Below are positions 27,723-42,591 of a stretch of 64,000 bases of DNA, in pieces. This DNA is from Eledone cirrhosa (Eukaryota), in contig OZ024755.1 of the NCBI GenBank assembly GCA_964016885.1, positions 33,046,001 to 33,110,000 on the forward strand. Direction: 5' to 3'. The notes below the pieces were generated by a model. It was not told the DNA's origin and made no database searches. It was given only the letters and a program-made list of their open reading frames with translations. Positions within the stretch are counted from its first letter, which is position 1. The number at the start of each line of letters is the position of its first letter. Both the position numbers and the translations under genes were made by a program.

Positions 27723-28051
27723 TGATATGGTAACTTATATTTATTATCAATACAAGAAAATAAGGTAATGGATTGGCAGAAATATTAAAGCATTGGGGGG
27801 GGGGGGGGGATGTTGTACAACATTTGTTCCTGCTGTTTATGTTTTAAGTTCAGATCCTACTGAGGCTAATTTTGACTTCATCCTTCTGGGGGTTAAAAAA
27901 ACAATGTACCAGTTAAGCACAGAGGTTGATTTAATTGACTTCTCCATCCTCAGAATTGCTAGGTGGTGCTACAACCATTAAATATATGAAATGAATAATA
28001 GGGAAGAATGAATCTCAAATATACCCATATAAAAAATATATATTTATTTAT

Positions 28052-28990
28052 GTGAATTTCGAATATCTAAAGATACAGGGTATGTTTAATAAATAAATAT
28101 TTCAAATGCCTCAGTTATGAATAGAAGACTGACGGTCAGTGCCACTGAGTGGTGTCCAGCAGAAGCAAGGGGGATAATTGGCTATGCATTTCAAACTTAA
28201 ATGGTTCCCATCAGGACAATGCTGAGGTTTTCAAAATGTTTATTTATTAAACATGCCGTGTATCTTTAGATATACAAAATTCACATATATATATTTGTAT
28301 ACATTTGTATGGAGACACATGGCTTAGTGGTTAGAGCATTGGCCATGCAATCGAAAGGTTGTGAGTTCAATTCTCAGACAGGGTGAGGTGTTGTTTCCTT
28401 GAGCAAGACACTTTATTTCACATTGCTCCAGTTTACTCAGCTGTAGAAATGAGATGATAGGGACTGGGGTCCCTATCATTCCACTGCAAAGTGGTCGTGG
28501 AGGTGCCACAGCAATAAAAAGCACCCAGCACTCACTGTAAATGAGGTTGGTGTTAGGAAGGGCATCCAGCTGTAGAAATCAAGCCAAAAAATTAGTTCCC
28601 ATCCCACCCTTGCAAGCAGGGAAAAGCGGACGTAAAATGAAATGATGAAATGATGATACAGCTATGTCAAAGCTAAATTCTAATTTTATTTTAAGTTGAG
28701 CCAACTAATACAGCTTTGTATGCAAATGAGGCTAATCAAACCTTTTACACAGACGAAAAAACTATATATTTTCACCTGTCCCAAAGTCCAGTAGTAGGAA
28801 GATTTTCCTGATGAGAACCATTTAAGTTTGAAATGCATAGACAATTATCCCCCTTGCTTCTGCTAGACACTGCTCGGCGCCACTGACCACCAGTCTTCTA
28901 TTCTTAGCTAAGGCTTTTGAAATGTTTATTTATTAAACATGCCGTGAATCTTTAGATGTACAAAATTCACATATATATATTTGTATACAT
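28052..28990. repeat. Complex inverted duplication (about 28052-28216 vs 28807-28972) around a family B SINE
   Basis: aagcaagggggataattggctatgcatttcaaacttaaatggttc is the reverse complement of gaaccatttaagtttgaaatgcatagacaattatcccccttgctt. Confidence 0.75.
28311..28657 (+). mobile_element. SINE family B
   Basis: Full-length consensus match. Confidence 0.85.
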
Positions 28991-29224
28991 GCTATGACAA
29001 AATGACAAAGCTAAATTCTAATGTATATATTTGTTTTCCAGCTAGCATATGCCTGAAGTAATAGCATGATTGAGAAGAGAATTGAAACCTTACAACACTG
29101 TCTGCCATAAGCTGATAAATATAAAGCAATCAGATTCTACAAACAGAATAAAGTGAACATATTTATGTACAACCTAATAATCTTGATGTTCTGAAGTTGT
29201 AAAATTATTTCAAGTTTATCTAAA

Positions 29225-29505
29225 GTCTGTCTCAAGCCAGAAGGCTCATTAGGCCAGAGCTTATCCCAGTTTCATGATGTGAAGCGACTGAGAGTACAAG
29301 ACTCCCCCCTGGACAGGATGCCACTCCATCACAGGGTTAAACCCCCAGCTATTGCTGGTACTCATTTTCAGCTGAATATACTGGAGCAATGTGAAATGAA
29401 GTGTTTTGCTCAAGAACACTACATGCAATCCAAATCCAGCCCAGGAATTGACCCCACAATATGATTGTAAATACAACACTCTTACCACTAGGCCACATGC
29501 CTTCA
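29225..29505 (-). mobile_element. SINE family C
   Basis: Consensus match. Confidence 0.8.
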
Positions 29506-29584
29506 CAATCCACTTTACCAACTAGAAATTATATACCTAAGGTGATTTATGAGGTTAACTAGAAGAATGAAACACACTGAGTAC

Positions 29585-29809
29585 ACCTTTAGCATTTAAA
29601 CCGACCATATCCGGCCAGAATTCTCTCATCTCTTTCTGTTCAAACTAGCTATAACTGGCTACTCATACTTATGTTAGGGTATTGTTCTCAAAATAAATAA
29701 TATCAATGTCTCATAGATTCGATACTATGTGAGATAATTACGTGAGGTAAGGCCTTTATTGTGAAAATATAACAGTATATATAGAGTAATGTAAATGCTA
29801 AGGGGTTAA
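29585..29809. mobile_element. Family P MITE, basic form of about 225 bp with one internal unit
   Basis: cctttagcatttaaacc ... gagtaatgtaaatgctaaggggTTAA. Confidence 0.8.
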
Positions 29810-29934
29810 ATTATCTAATCAAGGCACTTATTCACTCTGAGAGGTCTACACCTAATTAGAAATTAGCTTAGACTATGGTAAAACCTATGCGAAATGAATA
29901 AATGGAAAGAATGAAATTTTAATATTCACATATA

Positions 29935-30312
29935 CAGTTATCCCCCAATATTTGTGGTGGGGGGGGGGGGGGGGGTACGTTCCAAGAACACCCGTGAAGA
30001 GTGAAAAACCGTGAATATTGGATGTGGTCCATAAAAATGCCTCTAAACATCAAAATATAATGTAAAATATAATAAAAAAAAAGAGGGACCATCTTGTGCG
30101 TAAGGGTGTCCAATAGGCCAGCAAATATGGTATATTGTTATTAATAATTTAACATTAAAAAAATATATATATTGCCATGAAAATAACCATAAAAAAATTG
30201 CGGAAGATATTTACAATTCTGTGAATATGCGGTGGTTTCATGAATAATTATTAGTTAGGTTCTAAGGAAAATTTTGTGAATAACCGGGACCTCAAATGCC
30301 AGGAGTACACTG
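29935..30312. mobile_element. Family T (Tigger-like) MITE
   Basis: TA|cagttatcccc...caggagtacactg|TA. Confidence 0.75.
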
Positions 30313-30968
30313 TATAGAAAAGACCCTTCCAAAGTATAACAATATGTGAATATTTATCTTACAGTAACTATTTGAAACATCTGTTTCTAGACATACATAG
30401 TCTCATCATTAGGAGCTTGAATTTTGTCAGCTATTGTATGGCCAATTTTATTGTAGGAAACTGTAATTTGTGAAATCTTTATTGATATAATTTGTATTGG
30501 CTTTATCACTAGAATTTGAAATTTGAGGTTTGATCATTTGGTTTATATATCATTAGTTCTGTGTCAATTTTGTTTATGACATATATATATGTTGCTTGTG
30601 TGTTTATTTTTGCATGGTATTGTGATGAGTACAGCTTCCATAATTGATAATCTTTTTTTATTGGAAATTCTCTATATTATGATTGTTTAACAGTATAAAT
30701 TGTTGTGTTGAAGTGCTGATGTGTGATTGATGTTGCGAAAGTGATTTTCCCAATGTTATTGGTATTGAATGAATAAACTAACACAAGAAACAAGACTGCT
30801 AATTATATATTTATTTTTATCCATGGAATATTATGAATCCATGTGATGAACAGTAACAGCAGAAATATAGAACACTTCAAAATAACAACAAGCATAATGT
30901 TTCGCTACCATTATATTAAAATATAGAGTTCAGAGAAAAGGAACATATTTTCTAGTTATGTAAATATT

Positions 30969-31295
30969 CAGTGTACACTTGACATTCACGAAATTTTCCT
31001 TAGAACCTAACTAATGATTATTCATAGAAAATACCACATATTCACGGAATTGTACATATCTTCCATGATTTTTTAATGGCTTATTTCATGGCAATATATA
31101 TTTTTTTAATGCTAAATTAATGACTGCTGGGTGAAGAAGTGCCATGAAATCTCGGTGGAAGGAAGATGCAGTAGAGGAAGACCACAAAAAACATGGGCAG
31201 AGGTCGTGAGAGCTGACCTCAGATTGCTGGAGCTCACAGTAGTGTGTGTATATATACATATACACACACACATACACTCACATATATATGTACAC

Positions 31296-31342
<47 letters not shown>

Positions 31343-31604
31343 CATATATATATGTACATCCAGTCCAAATAAATGAGATGATTGAGATCGAGATTATGTA
31401 GGTGTCACGAAAAAAAAACAATATACCATATTTGCCAGCCTGTTGGACACCCTTTCGCATAAGACACTCCTTTATTTTTTATTATATTTTACATTATATT
31501 TTGATGTTTATAGGCATTTTTATGGACCATGTCAAATATTTACGCTTTTCACTCTTTGCAGGTGCTCTAAGAACATATTCCCTGCGAATGCCTGGGGACA
31601 ACTG
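30969..31604. mobile_element. Family T MITE (reverse) containing a copied RTE/microsatellite segment of about 300 bp
   Basis: cagtgtacac...ggggacaactg|TA. The insert at 31120-31420 is nearly identical to 32381-32660. Confidence 0.7.
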
Positions 31605-31617
31605 TAATTAGATACAG

Positions 31618-31830
31618 TTGAGCTTCTCTGCCAGATGTCATACAGATTCTTTTAGAGAGAAACAGATTGAAGGTGTGAATCTACAGGGCAATAAAGTTGT
31701 CAACAAAAATTACCAGCCAACTGGTACAGCCAGAACCCAGTGTCAAGTGAAAAAGGAAGGGTCGGCTCTGGTCCATCACATTTTAGAGAAACTAACTTTG
31801 GCCATTAACTGGAAGTGGTCAAATGTTTAT
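31618..31830 (+). pseudogene. Candidate decayed exon encoding a spectrin-like repeat
   Basis: REKQIEGVNLQGNKVVNKNYQPTGTARTQCQVKKEGSALVHHILEKLTLA resembles spectrin-repeat helices B/C (matched by eye). Confidence 0.35.
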
Positions 31831-31937
31831 GATATGAAAATACAGCATAGTTTTGTCAAACAACATAGTGAAATTTGCTATAAATGTATTGTCCATTAGT
31901 ATTATATATATATGCGTGTGTGTGTGCGTGTGTATAT

Positions 31938-32549
31938 ATGGGTACAAGCTGAAGCATATAGACAATATACCCCCACACCCTCCCACTGCAAGGTGGTCGT
32001 GGAGGTGCCACGGCAAAAAAGCACCCAGCCCACACTGTAAAGTGGACGTGTAGGCGCCACAAAAAAGCACCCAGCACTCACTGTAAATGAGGTTGGTGTT
32101 AGGAAGGGCATCCAACTGTAGAAATCAAGCCAAATCAGTTCCTGTATGAGCAAGGCATGGTAGGCCGACCAGACACTCCCCACAACAGGACAACCTGTCT
32201 AACCCATGCTAGCGTGGAAGAACGGGCGTAAAACGGTGATGATGATGATGATGATGATGATATATATATATATATATATATAAGCATGGACGAGTTGAGA
32301 GTGAAACTGTATAAGAGGAATAGGCTGTAGTGTGCAGGAGAGAAGATTGTGTTGGTATGGCCATGTGAGGTGCATGGATGATGACTGCTGGGTGAAGAAG
32401 TGCCATGAAATCTTGGTGGAAGGAAGATGCAGTAGAGGAAGACCACAAAAAACATGGGCAGAGGTCGTGAGCTGACCTCAGATTGCTGGAGCTCACAGTA
32501 GTGTGTGTATATATACATCTACACACACATACACTGACATATATATATA

Positions 32550-32584
<35 letters not shown>

Positions 32585-32897
32585 ATATATATATGTACAT
32601 CCAGTCCAAATAAATGAGATGATTCAGATCGAGATTGTGTAGGTGTCACGAAAAAAAAACACACAGTCCACGCTGTAATGTGGCCGTGTAGGTAACACGG
32701 TAAAAAATTCACAGTTCCACACTGTAAATGTGGTTGGTGTTAGGAAGGGCATCCAGCCATAGAAAACCTGCCAGATAGTCTTATATGAGCGAGACATGGT
32801 CACCCGACCAACCTTGCCTCAAGTGGGACAACTCCCGTCTAACCCATGCTAGCGTGGAAAATGGACGTTAAACGAAGATGATGATGATGATGATGAT
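31938..32897 (+). mobile_element. Stacked RTE-LINE 3' fragments with (GAT)n tails
   Basis: 3'UTR consensus as in 9525-10072. A C-terminal coding remnant (ERRLCWYGH...GRPQKTW) lies at 32285-32500. Confidence 0.75.
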
Positions 32898-32900
32898 ATA

Positions 32901-32958
<58 letters not shown>

Positions 32959-33004
32959 CATTATCATCATTTTACACAGACAATCAGTTCTTCCAACCTA
33001 AATC

Positions 33005-33265
33005 TTTGAATAATATTTTGAAAAAGAATCACATGAACCAATCAACGATGGAAAAATATATATTGATTATTGATATCTCCATTTTCCATTATTGTCATCA
33101 ACTACAGTCTTGTAGAGAAACAGTATCACAACTATAACTCTGGTCACTCACCTTTTATGACAAGAACTAAGAGATTCCTTAGAATATTTCTTTAGCAGAC
33201 TTTGGTTCCCTGAGAAATATATTTCTATTTTTCTCTTTTATCAAGAATTTTAAAACATTTGCTCA
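33005..33265 (+). pseudogene. Candidate decayed exon, N-terminal part of a DH (RhoGEF) domain
   Basis: One frame reads ...HMNQSTMEKYILIID...*...DFGSLRNIFLFFS..ILKHL, resembling the DH motifs MxELxxTExxY and IFGNxxxIxxFH. Contains in-frame stops. Confidence 0.3.
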
Positions 33266-33541
33266 TATTTTCTATTTCTATTTCTGATTCTTAGTTCATA
33301 AGTTTCCGAATAAAATAAAGAAAGCCATACTGGAGACTGAGAAAGTTACAATAGATAGTAAATATTTACCAACCCTCTTCTCAACCACTTTCTTATTCTG
33401 GAAACGTCTGACCTCTCATGGGGACATAGAAACTGTCATATACAATAGTCTTTTTCATCACACTGAATCTAGTTTCATTCATCAGTTACCGACAGTATGG
33501 TTTCAGTAAAACAATTTTAACGAATGACTTCCTCTTCTAAA

Positions 33542-33815
33542 TGCGGTGAAGTGGCAGAGTTGTTGAAATGTCGGATAGAATACTTTACGGTATTCGTCCC
33601 ACCTCATTGGCCACTTTGAGTTCAAATCCCGTTGGGGTCAACTTTGCTTTTCATCCCTTTGAGGTTGATAAAGAAAAGTACCAGTCCAGTACTGGGACTG
33701 GTTCTTCCTCTATAGAAAAAATCAGCTGTATTCAGACCTGGAGAGGGTTGGACTCTGCCAGGTTTAAAAGTGCTCTAGACACACCATATGATGGTGCCTC
33801 TATGACTCCACAAGG
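33542..33815 (+). mobile_element. Diverged family A-related SINE with a different tail (reverse copy at about 38200-38520)
   Basis: gagttcaaatccc...gcttttcatccctttgaggttgataaa core. Confidence 0.65.
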
Positions 33816-33819
33816 AGCT

Positions 33820-36083
33820 ATGTGTGTCTGGTATGAAGTCTTCTAGCTAAGATATCAACCATGTGTGTCTTCTAGCTAAGATAAGATATCAACCATGTGT
33901 GTATGGTATGAGAGTCTTCTAGCTAAGATATCAACCATATGTGTCTGGTATGAGAGTCTTCTAGCTAAGATATCAACCATGTGTGTCTGGTATGAGAGTC
34001 TTCTAGCTAAGTTATCAACCATGTGTGTCTGGTATGAGAGTCTTCTAGCTAAGATATCAATCATGTGTCTGGTATGAGAGTCTTCTAGCAAAGATATCAA
34101 CCATGTGTTTCTGGTATGAGAGTCTTCTAGCTAAGATATCAACCATGTGTTTCTGGTATGAGAGTCTTCTAGCTAAGATATCAACCATGTGTTTCTGGTA
34201 TGAGAGTCTTCTAGCTAAGATATCAACCATGTGTGTCTGGTATGAGAGTCTTCTAGCTAAGATATCAACCATGTGTGTCTGGTATTAGAGTCTTCTAGCT
34301 AAGATATCAACCATGTGTGTCTGGTATTAGAGTCTTCTAGCTAAGATATCAACCATGTGTTTCTGGTATTAGAGTCTTCTATCTAAGATATCAACCATGT
34401 GTTTCTGGTATGAGAGTCTTCTAGCTAAGATATCAACCATGTGTGTCTAGTATTAGAGTCTTCTAGCTAAGATATCAACCATGTGTGTCTGGTATGAGAG
34501 TCTTCTAGCTAAGATATCAACCATGTGTTTCTGGTATGAGAGTCTTCTAGCTAAGATATCAACCATGTGTGTCTGGTATGAGAGTCTTCTAGCTAAGATA
34601 TCAACCATGTGTGTCTGGTATGAGAGTCTTCTAGCTAAGATATCAACCATGTGTGTCTGGTATTAGAGTCTTCTAGCTAAGATATCAACCATGTGTTTCT
34701 GGTATTAGAGTCTTCTATCTAAGATATCAACCATGTGTTTCTGGTATGAGAGTCTTCTAGCTAAGATATCAACCATGTGTGTCTGGTATTAGAGTCTTCT
34801 AGCTAAGATATCAACCATGTGTTTCTGGTATGAGGGTCTTCTAGCTAAGATATCAACCATGTGTGTCTGGTATTAGAGTCTTCTAGCTAAGATATCAACC
34901 ATGTGTGTCTGGTATTAGAGTCTTCTAGCTAAGATATCAACCATGTGTGTCTGGTATGAGAGTCTTCTAGCTAAGATATCAACCATGTGTTTCTGGTATG
35001 AGAGTCTTCTAGCTAAGATATCAACCATGTGTTTCTGGTATGAGAGTCTTCTAGCTAAGATATCAACCATGTGTGTCTGGTATTAGAGTCTTCTAGCTAA
35101 GATATCAACCATGTGTGTCTGGTATGAGAGTCTTCTAGCTAAGATATCAACCATATGTGTCTGGTATGAGAGTCTTCTAGCTAAGATATCAACCATGTGT
35201 TTCTGGTATTAGAGTCTTCTAGCTAAGATATCAACCATGTGTGTCTGGTATGAGAGTCTTCTAGCTAAGATATCAACCATATGTGTCTGGTATGAGAGTC
35301 TTCTAGCTAAGATATCAACCATGTGTTTCTGGTATGAGAGTTTTCTAGCTAAGATATCAACCATGTGTGTCTGGTATTAGAGTCTTCTAGCTAAGATATC
35401 AACCATGTGTTTCTGGTATTAGAGTCTTCTAGCTAAGATATCAACCATGTGTTTCTGGTATTAGAGTCTTCTAGCTAAGATATCAACCATGTGTTTCTGG
35501 TATTAGAGTCTTCTAGCTAAGATATCAACCATGTGTGTCTGGTATGAGAGTCTTCTAGCTAAGATATCAACCATGTGTGTCTGGTATGAGAGTCTTCTAG
35601 CTAAGATATCAACCATGTGTGTCTGGTATGAGAGTCTTCTAGCTAAGATATCAACCATGTGTGTCTGGTATGAGAGTCTTCTAGCTAAGATATCAACCAT
35701 GTGTGTCTGGTATGAGAGTCTTGTAGCTAAGATATCAACCATGTGTGTCTGGTATGAGAGTCTTCTAGCTAAGATATCAACCATGTGTGTCTGGTATGAG
35801 AGCCTTCTAGCTAAGATATCAACCATGTGTGTCTGGTATGAGAGTCTTCTAGCTAAGATATCAACCATGTGTGTCTGGTATGAGAGTCTTCTAGCTAAGA
35901 TATCAACCATGTGTGTCTGGTATGAGAGTCTTCTAGCTAAGATATCAACCATGTGTATCTGGTATGAGGGTCTTCTAGCTAAGATATCAACCATGTGTGT
36001 CTGGTATTAGAGTCTTCTAGCTAAGATATCAACCATGTGTGTCTGGTATGAGAGTCTTCTAGCTAAGATATCAACCATGTGTC
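33820..36083. repeat. 42-bp minisatellite (about 53 units)
   Basis: (tggtatgagagtcttctagctaagatatcaaccatgtgtgtc)n, with no spacers. Confidence 0.97.
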
Positions 36084-36203
36084 TCTAATATCTTGGATTA
36101 GGTTTTCCACTGAACTATTTAATTTTTAGTATGTGTTGGTTGTATTCATTTTCTAACTGCTCCAATATGGTCTTGCTTTACTTAAAGAGAAAAGGAAAGA
36201 CAG

Positions 36204-36840
36204 ATCATCATCATTTTCCATGCTAGCATAGGTTAGATGTGTTGTCGCATTTGAAGCAAGTCAGGCCAGGTGACCATGTCTTGCTCACTCAGAACTGTTT
36301 CTGGCTTGGTTTCTATAGCCGGATGCCCTTCCTTATGCCAACAGAGTGTGGGCTGGGTGCTTTTTGTTATGACACGTACACAACCACCCTACAGTGTGGG
36401 CTGAGTGCTTTTTGTCATGTCACCTGCACCACCACTTTACAGTGTGGACTGGAAGCTTTTTGTTGTGTCACCTACACCACCACTTGGTTTCTATAGCTGA
36501 ATGCCCTTCCTTATGCCAACAGAGTGTGGGCTGGGTGCTTTTTGTTATGACACGTACACAACCACCCTACAGTGTGGGCTGAGTGTTTTTTGTCATGTCA
36601 CCTGCACCACCACTTTACAGTGTAGACAGAGCTTTTTGTTGTGTCACCTACACCACCACTTTACAGTGTGGACTGGGAGCTTTTTGTTGTGTCACCTACA
36701 CCACCACTTTACAGTGTGGACTGGGAGCTTTTTGCTGTGGCACCTACAGCACTACTTTACAATGTGGGCTGGAAGCTTTTTCTTGTGGCACCTATATGAG
36801 CACTTTACAATGTGGGCTGAGTGCTTTTTGTTGTGATACG
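36204..36840 (-). repeat. RTE/SINE tail with a tandemly amplified 48-bp unit (reverse orientation)
   Basis: Same unit family as 26655-27560. Confidence 0.8.
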
Positions 36841-37065
36841 TGTAGAAAATATATGAAATGTGTTAAAATTATATAAAGTTTTGCAGTTCATTTCATAGAA
36901 GGTCTCAATATTCATATATTTATCTAGAATAACTTCCTATTTTAATCGAGGACATTAACATCGGTTCTCAATCAAAGTCATGATTTAGATATTAAGACTG
37001 CATCATTTATATATCTAAGTTCCCTTGTTGATTACCCTCCAGCACATAGAAAGTCAAAGTCGTCT

Positions 37066-37620
37066 GCTTCTTCTTCTTCTCTTCTTCACCCACATATTCC
37101 TGAGAGGGTCGTGGGGACACTCCTTCCGGTGCGTTCTGTCAGAAGCAACCATCTCCAACTGATCTGGTTCGATCCCCAAGTGAGACCAGCCAAGCTCATG
37201 AATATTATCCAATCATCTTGCTCGGGAGTCTACCCCTGGGTTTCCTCTGCTCTTTAATTATCCACAGCTTCTTTCATCATATCTTTTGTGGATATGTTAA
37301 AAATGCTGGACAGATTATGGATCCCTTTCTTGATAGCAAACCAATATGTTGCATTGCATACTAACATGACTGTTGACTGCTGATCTTGATAGAAAGCTTG
37401 TATCAGCTTTATCACATGAGATTGAAATCCATTCTCAGTATAATAGTCCACAACTGTTTGTGCTGGGCATTGTTGAAAGCCTTTGAATAATCCATGTTGA
37501 TACCTTGATTCGTTTCTTGACACTTTCAAATCTCCAATTGAAGACAGAATATGCAATTCTGTGTGACATCATGCTTTATGTTGTCTGCTTAAAATTTGTC
37601 TATATCTTTTTTCAGTTTCT
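37066..37620 (-). mobile_element. RTE/BovB-like LINE remnant (RT fragment plus 3' end with a (GAA)n tail)
   Basis: VIKLIQAFYQDQQSTVML...WFAIKKGI...IFNI is a degenerate RT segment around the GxRQG motif. Confidence 0.65.
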
Positions 37621-38574
37621 GTATCATTCTGCACATGATTGTTTTTATCATCTGTCATACTTGCATGAGATGGTAAATTGGCAGAGTTGTTAGAACATCA
37701 GATAGAAGGCTTTGACATATCTGTTTGAGTCTCTGAGCTCTTAGTTCAAATCTTACTGAGGTCAGCTTTGTCTTTCATCCTTTTGAAGTCAATAAAAATG
37801 TACCAGACCACACTGTAAAGTGGTCATGTAAGAGTCACAACGAAAAGCACCCAGTCCACACTGTAAAGTGGTCGTGTAAGAGTCACAACAAAAAGCACCC
37901 AGTCCACACTGTAAATGTAGTTAGCATTAGGAAAGGCATCCAGCCATAGAAATCCAGCCAGAAAAAGTCATATATGAGCAAGGCGTGGTCATCTGATCCA
38001 AAATGCCTCTAACAGGACAACCCATCTAACCCATGCTAGCATGGAAAATGGATGTTAAACGATGATGATGATGATGTGTCTCTATTGGAAATGAATATTA
38101 GGAACACAAGAGTTATAAATGAAGTAAAACTGACAATTGAAATCGGTGGATAGAATTATGTGATAAGGCAATTATGTATGTATGGCCCTGTAACTCCTGA
38201 TAGAGTTATAGGGGTCTCGTATTGACATACAACATTTCTTGGGCATTTTAAGCCAGGCAGAGCCCATCCCTTTCCAGGCCTGAGTAGAGCAGATTTCTTC
38301 CAGAAAAAGATAGAAAGTGGGAGAGAGAGGAAATGAGAAAGAGATATAGAGGAGGAATCATCCCCAGTACTAGAAAGGTAATTTTTTTTTATTGACCTCA
38401 AAAGGATGAAAGGCTAAGTTGACCTCAGTGGGATTTGAACTCGGAGAGCAGAAAGCTGGAACGAATACCACAAAGCAAAGCATTCTATCTGACATTCTAA
38501 CGACTCTGCCAATTCACCGCCTACATAAGACAATTGCCATTGACAAAACTTTGTGTAGAAATATGGAGTGAGAA

Positions 38575-39658
38575 ACATGTAATAACAAAATATGTAATAA
38601 CATAATATGTAATAACAAAATATGTAATAACAAAATATGTAATAACAAAATATGTAATAACAAAATATGTAATAACAAAATATGTAATAACAAAATATGT
38701 AATAACATAATATGTAATAACAAAATATGTAATAACAAAATATGTAATAACATAATATGTAATAACATAATATGTAATAACATAATTGTTTCTACTTTAG
38801 GCACAAGGCCAGCAATTACCCAGTGCATTACTGGTACTTTATTTTATCGACCCCGTAAGGATGAAAGGCAAAGTCAACCTCGGCGGGATTTGAACTCAGA
38901 GATAATAATATGTAATAACATAATATGTAATAACAAAATATATAATAACATAATATGTAACATAATATATAACAAAATATGTAATAACATAATATGTAAT
39001 AACATAATATGTAATAACAAAATATATAATAACATAATATATAACATAATATATAACAAAATATGTAATAACAAAATATGTAATAACATAATATAACATA
39101 ATATGTAATAACAAAATGTGTATAACAAAATATGTAATAACAAAATATGTAATAACAAAATATGTAATAACATAATATGTAATAACAAAATATGTAATAA
39201 CATAATATGTAATAACAAAATATGTAATAACATAATATGTAATAACATAATATGTAATAACATAATATAACATAATATGTAATAACAAAATGTGTATAAC
39301 AAAATATGTAATAACAAAATATGTAATAACAAAATATGTAATAACATAATATGTAATAACATAATATGTAATAACAAAATATATAATAACATAATATGTA
39401 ACATAATATATAACAAAATATGTAATAACATAATATGTAATAACATAATATGTAATAACAAAATATATAATAACATAATATGTAACATAATATATAACAA
39501 AATATGTAATAACATAATATGTAATAACATAATATGTAATAACAAAATATATAATAACATAATATATAACATAATATATAACAAAATATGTAATAACAAA
39601 ATATGTAATAACATAATATGTAATAACAAAATATGTAATAACAAAATATGTAATAACA
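38575..39658. repeat. 15-bp AT-rich minisatellite interrupted by a SINE A fragment (38783-38900)
   Basis: (atatgtaataacaaa / atatgtaataacata)n. Confidence 0.92.
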
Positions 39659-39716
39659 TCAAGTTTCTCTCGTGGATTGAAATAGATTCCTATGGATAAT
39701 GAGTTACTAATAGCAT

Positions 39717-40408
39717 TGTGTGTGTGTATGAGCACGTGTGTTTGTGTGTTTGCATGTGCATGAGCATGTGTGTGGGTGTCTGTGTGTGTGTGTGCATGTG
39801 TATGAGCATCTGTGTTTGTGTGTGTTTGTGTGTGTGTGTGCATGTTTGTCTACGTATGTGTGTCCATATGTCTGCATGTGTGTGTCCGTATGTGTGCGTG
39901 TGTGTGTCCGTCCATGTGTGTGCGTCCGTATGTGTGTGTGTGTGTGTGTCCATATGTGTGTGTGTGTGTGTCCATATGTGTATGCAAACGTGTGTGTGGT
40001 GTGGTAAGGTGGAACTTTGGATTTTGAGTTCTTAATGAATTACTGATTGAACTGTTAGTTGGAAGGACAGGGGCTGATTAATGAGAGATGGGTGGGTTGA
40101 GGTGGGGGTGGTCATTGTTGGATTAACAGGTGGTCTGTGGGAGGAGGAGGAGAGATGGCCAATAGAAAAATGGAGGGGGGGCGAGAGAGAGAGATTGACA
40201 ATAGGAAGATAACTGTGGAAGGGGAGAGGGAGAGAGAGAGAAACAGAGGAGGGGGATATAGAGAGAGAGAAGCAGAGGAGGGGGAGGAGAGAGAGAGAGA
40301 GAGAGAGAAACAGAGGAGGTAAGAGAGAGAGAAATTAACAATAGGAAGATAACTGTGGAGGGGAGAGAGAGAGAGAGATTGACAACCAGAAAGCTAGAAA
40401 GATAACTG

Positions 40409-40449
<41 letters not shown>

Positions 40450-40573
40450 ACAACCAGAAAGACAGATAGATAACTGTGGAGAGAGAGAGAGAGAGCGAGC
40501 GAGCGAGAGAGAGAGAGATTGACAACCAGAAAGACAGATAACTGTGGAGAGAGAGTTATAGTGTGTAGACCTG

Positions 40574-40611
<38 letters not shown>

Positions 40612-40782
40612 TTGACAACCAGAAAGAAAGACAGATAACTGTGGAGAGAGAGAGAGAGATTGACAACCAGAAAGACAGATAACTGTGGAGAGAGAGAGTT
40701 ATAGTGTGTAGACCTGGAGAGAGAGAGAGAGAGAGCGAGCGAGAGAGAGAGATTGACAACCAGAAAGAAAGACAGATAACTG

Positions 40783-40821
<39 letters not shown>

Positions 40822-40885
40822 AGAGAGAGAGATTGACAACCAGAAAGACATAACTGTGGAGTGAGAGAGTTATAGTGTGTAGACC

Positions 40886-40945
<60 letters not shown>

Positions 40946-40980
40946 GCGATTGACAACCAGAAAGAAAGACAGATAACTGT
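39717..40980. repeat. Degenerate (TG)n tract followed by a GA-rich compound minisatellite
   Basis: gattgacaaccagaaagacagataactgtgg(ag)n is repeated at 40190-40980. Confidence 0.9.
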
Positions 40981-41461
40981 GGATAAGTTTTGGAAGGAGA
41001 GTTCAGTTGAGGATGAGACAAGCCAGACAGAAAATGGAGACTGGTGTACAGATAAGATTGGGAAAAAATCAACAACCAAAACAACAAAATATCAAACTGA
41101 TGATATAATAACCGAATATCTAATTTTGTGAAATGTCTGTTCCCAGATGGTAAATAATCTTATTTATTAATTAGAATAATTGGCAAAATACTCATGTCTG
41201 TTATGATTACACACAAGAAGAAAACAACAACAACAACAGTAACAATAAACAAAGCAAATATGAAATAAAGCCCAAAGAAAACATGAGACAAACTAGCGAG
41301 ATGGTTTTTAATATGAAATAAAAGAGAAAAAGAGACATTACTGAGATAATAAATTTTGTCTTTGTTGTTTGCAGGAATACTTAAATTTATTGTTATAACT
41401 TTAATACTGTTATTATAACTATTATGTATTGTAGAAAATTATATAGTATGAATATGATATA

Positions 41462-42407
<946 letters not shown>

Positions 42408-42560
42408 CTGTTATACTTGGGGAGGGTCATATTGTTGTAATAATATTGCCAGAAATAATAACAGAACACATTCACTGTTTGGTTGGTTTTCACTTCTGTA
42501 TCTTTTATATCTCCACAGTTAATTCATTCGGTCAAACATACAGATATAATATAGATATAA

Positions 42561-42591
<31 letters not shown>

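Noticed and set aside
33820-36083. CRISPR-like array
   Set aside because: The units are contiguous and near-identical with no unique spacers, there are no cas genes, and the context is eukaryotic. The same applies to the other arrays.
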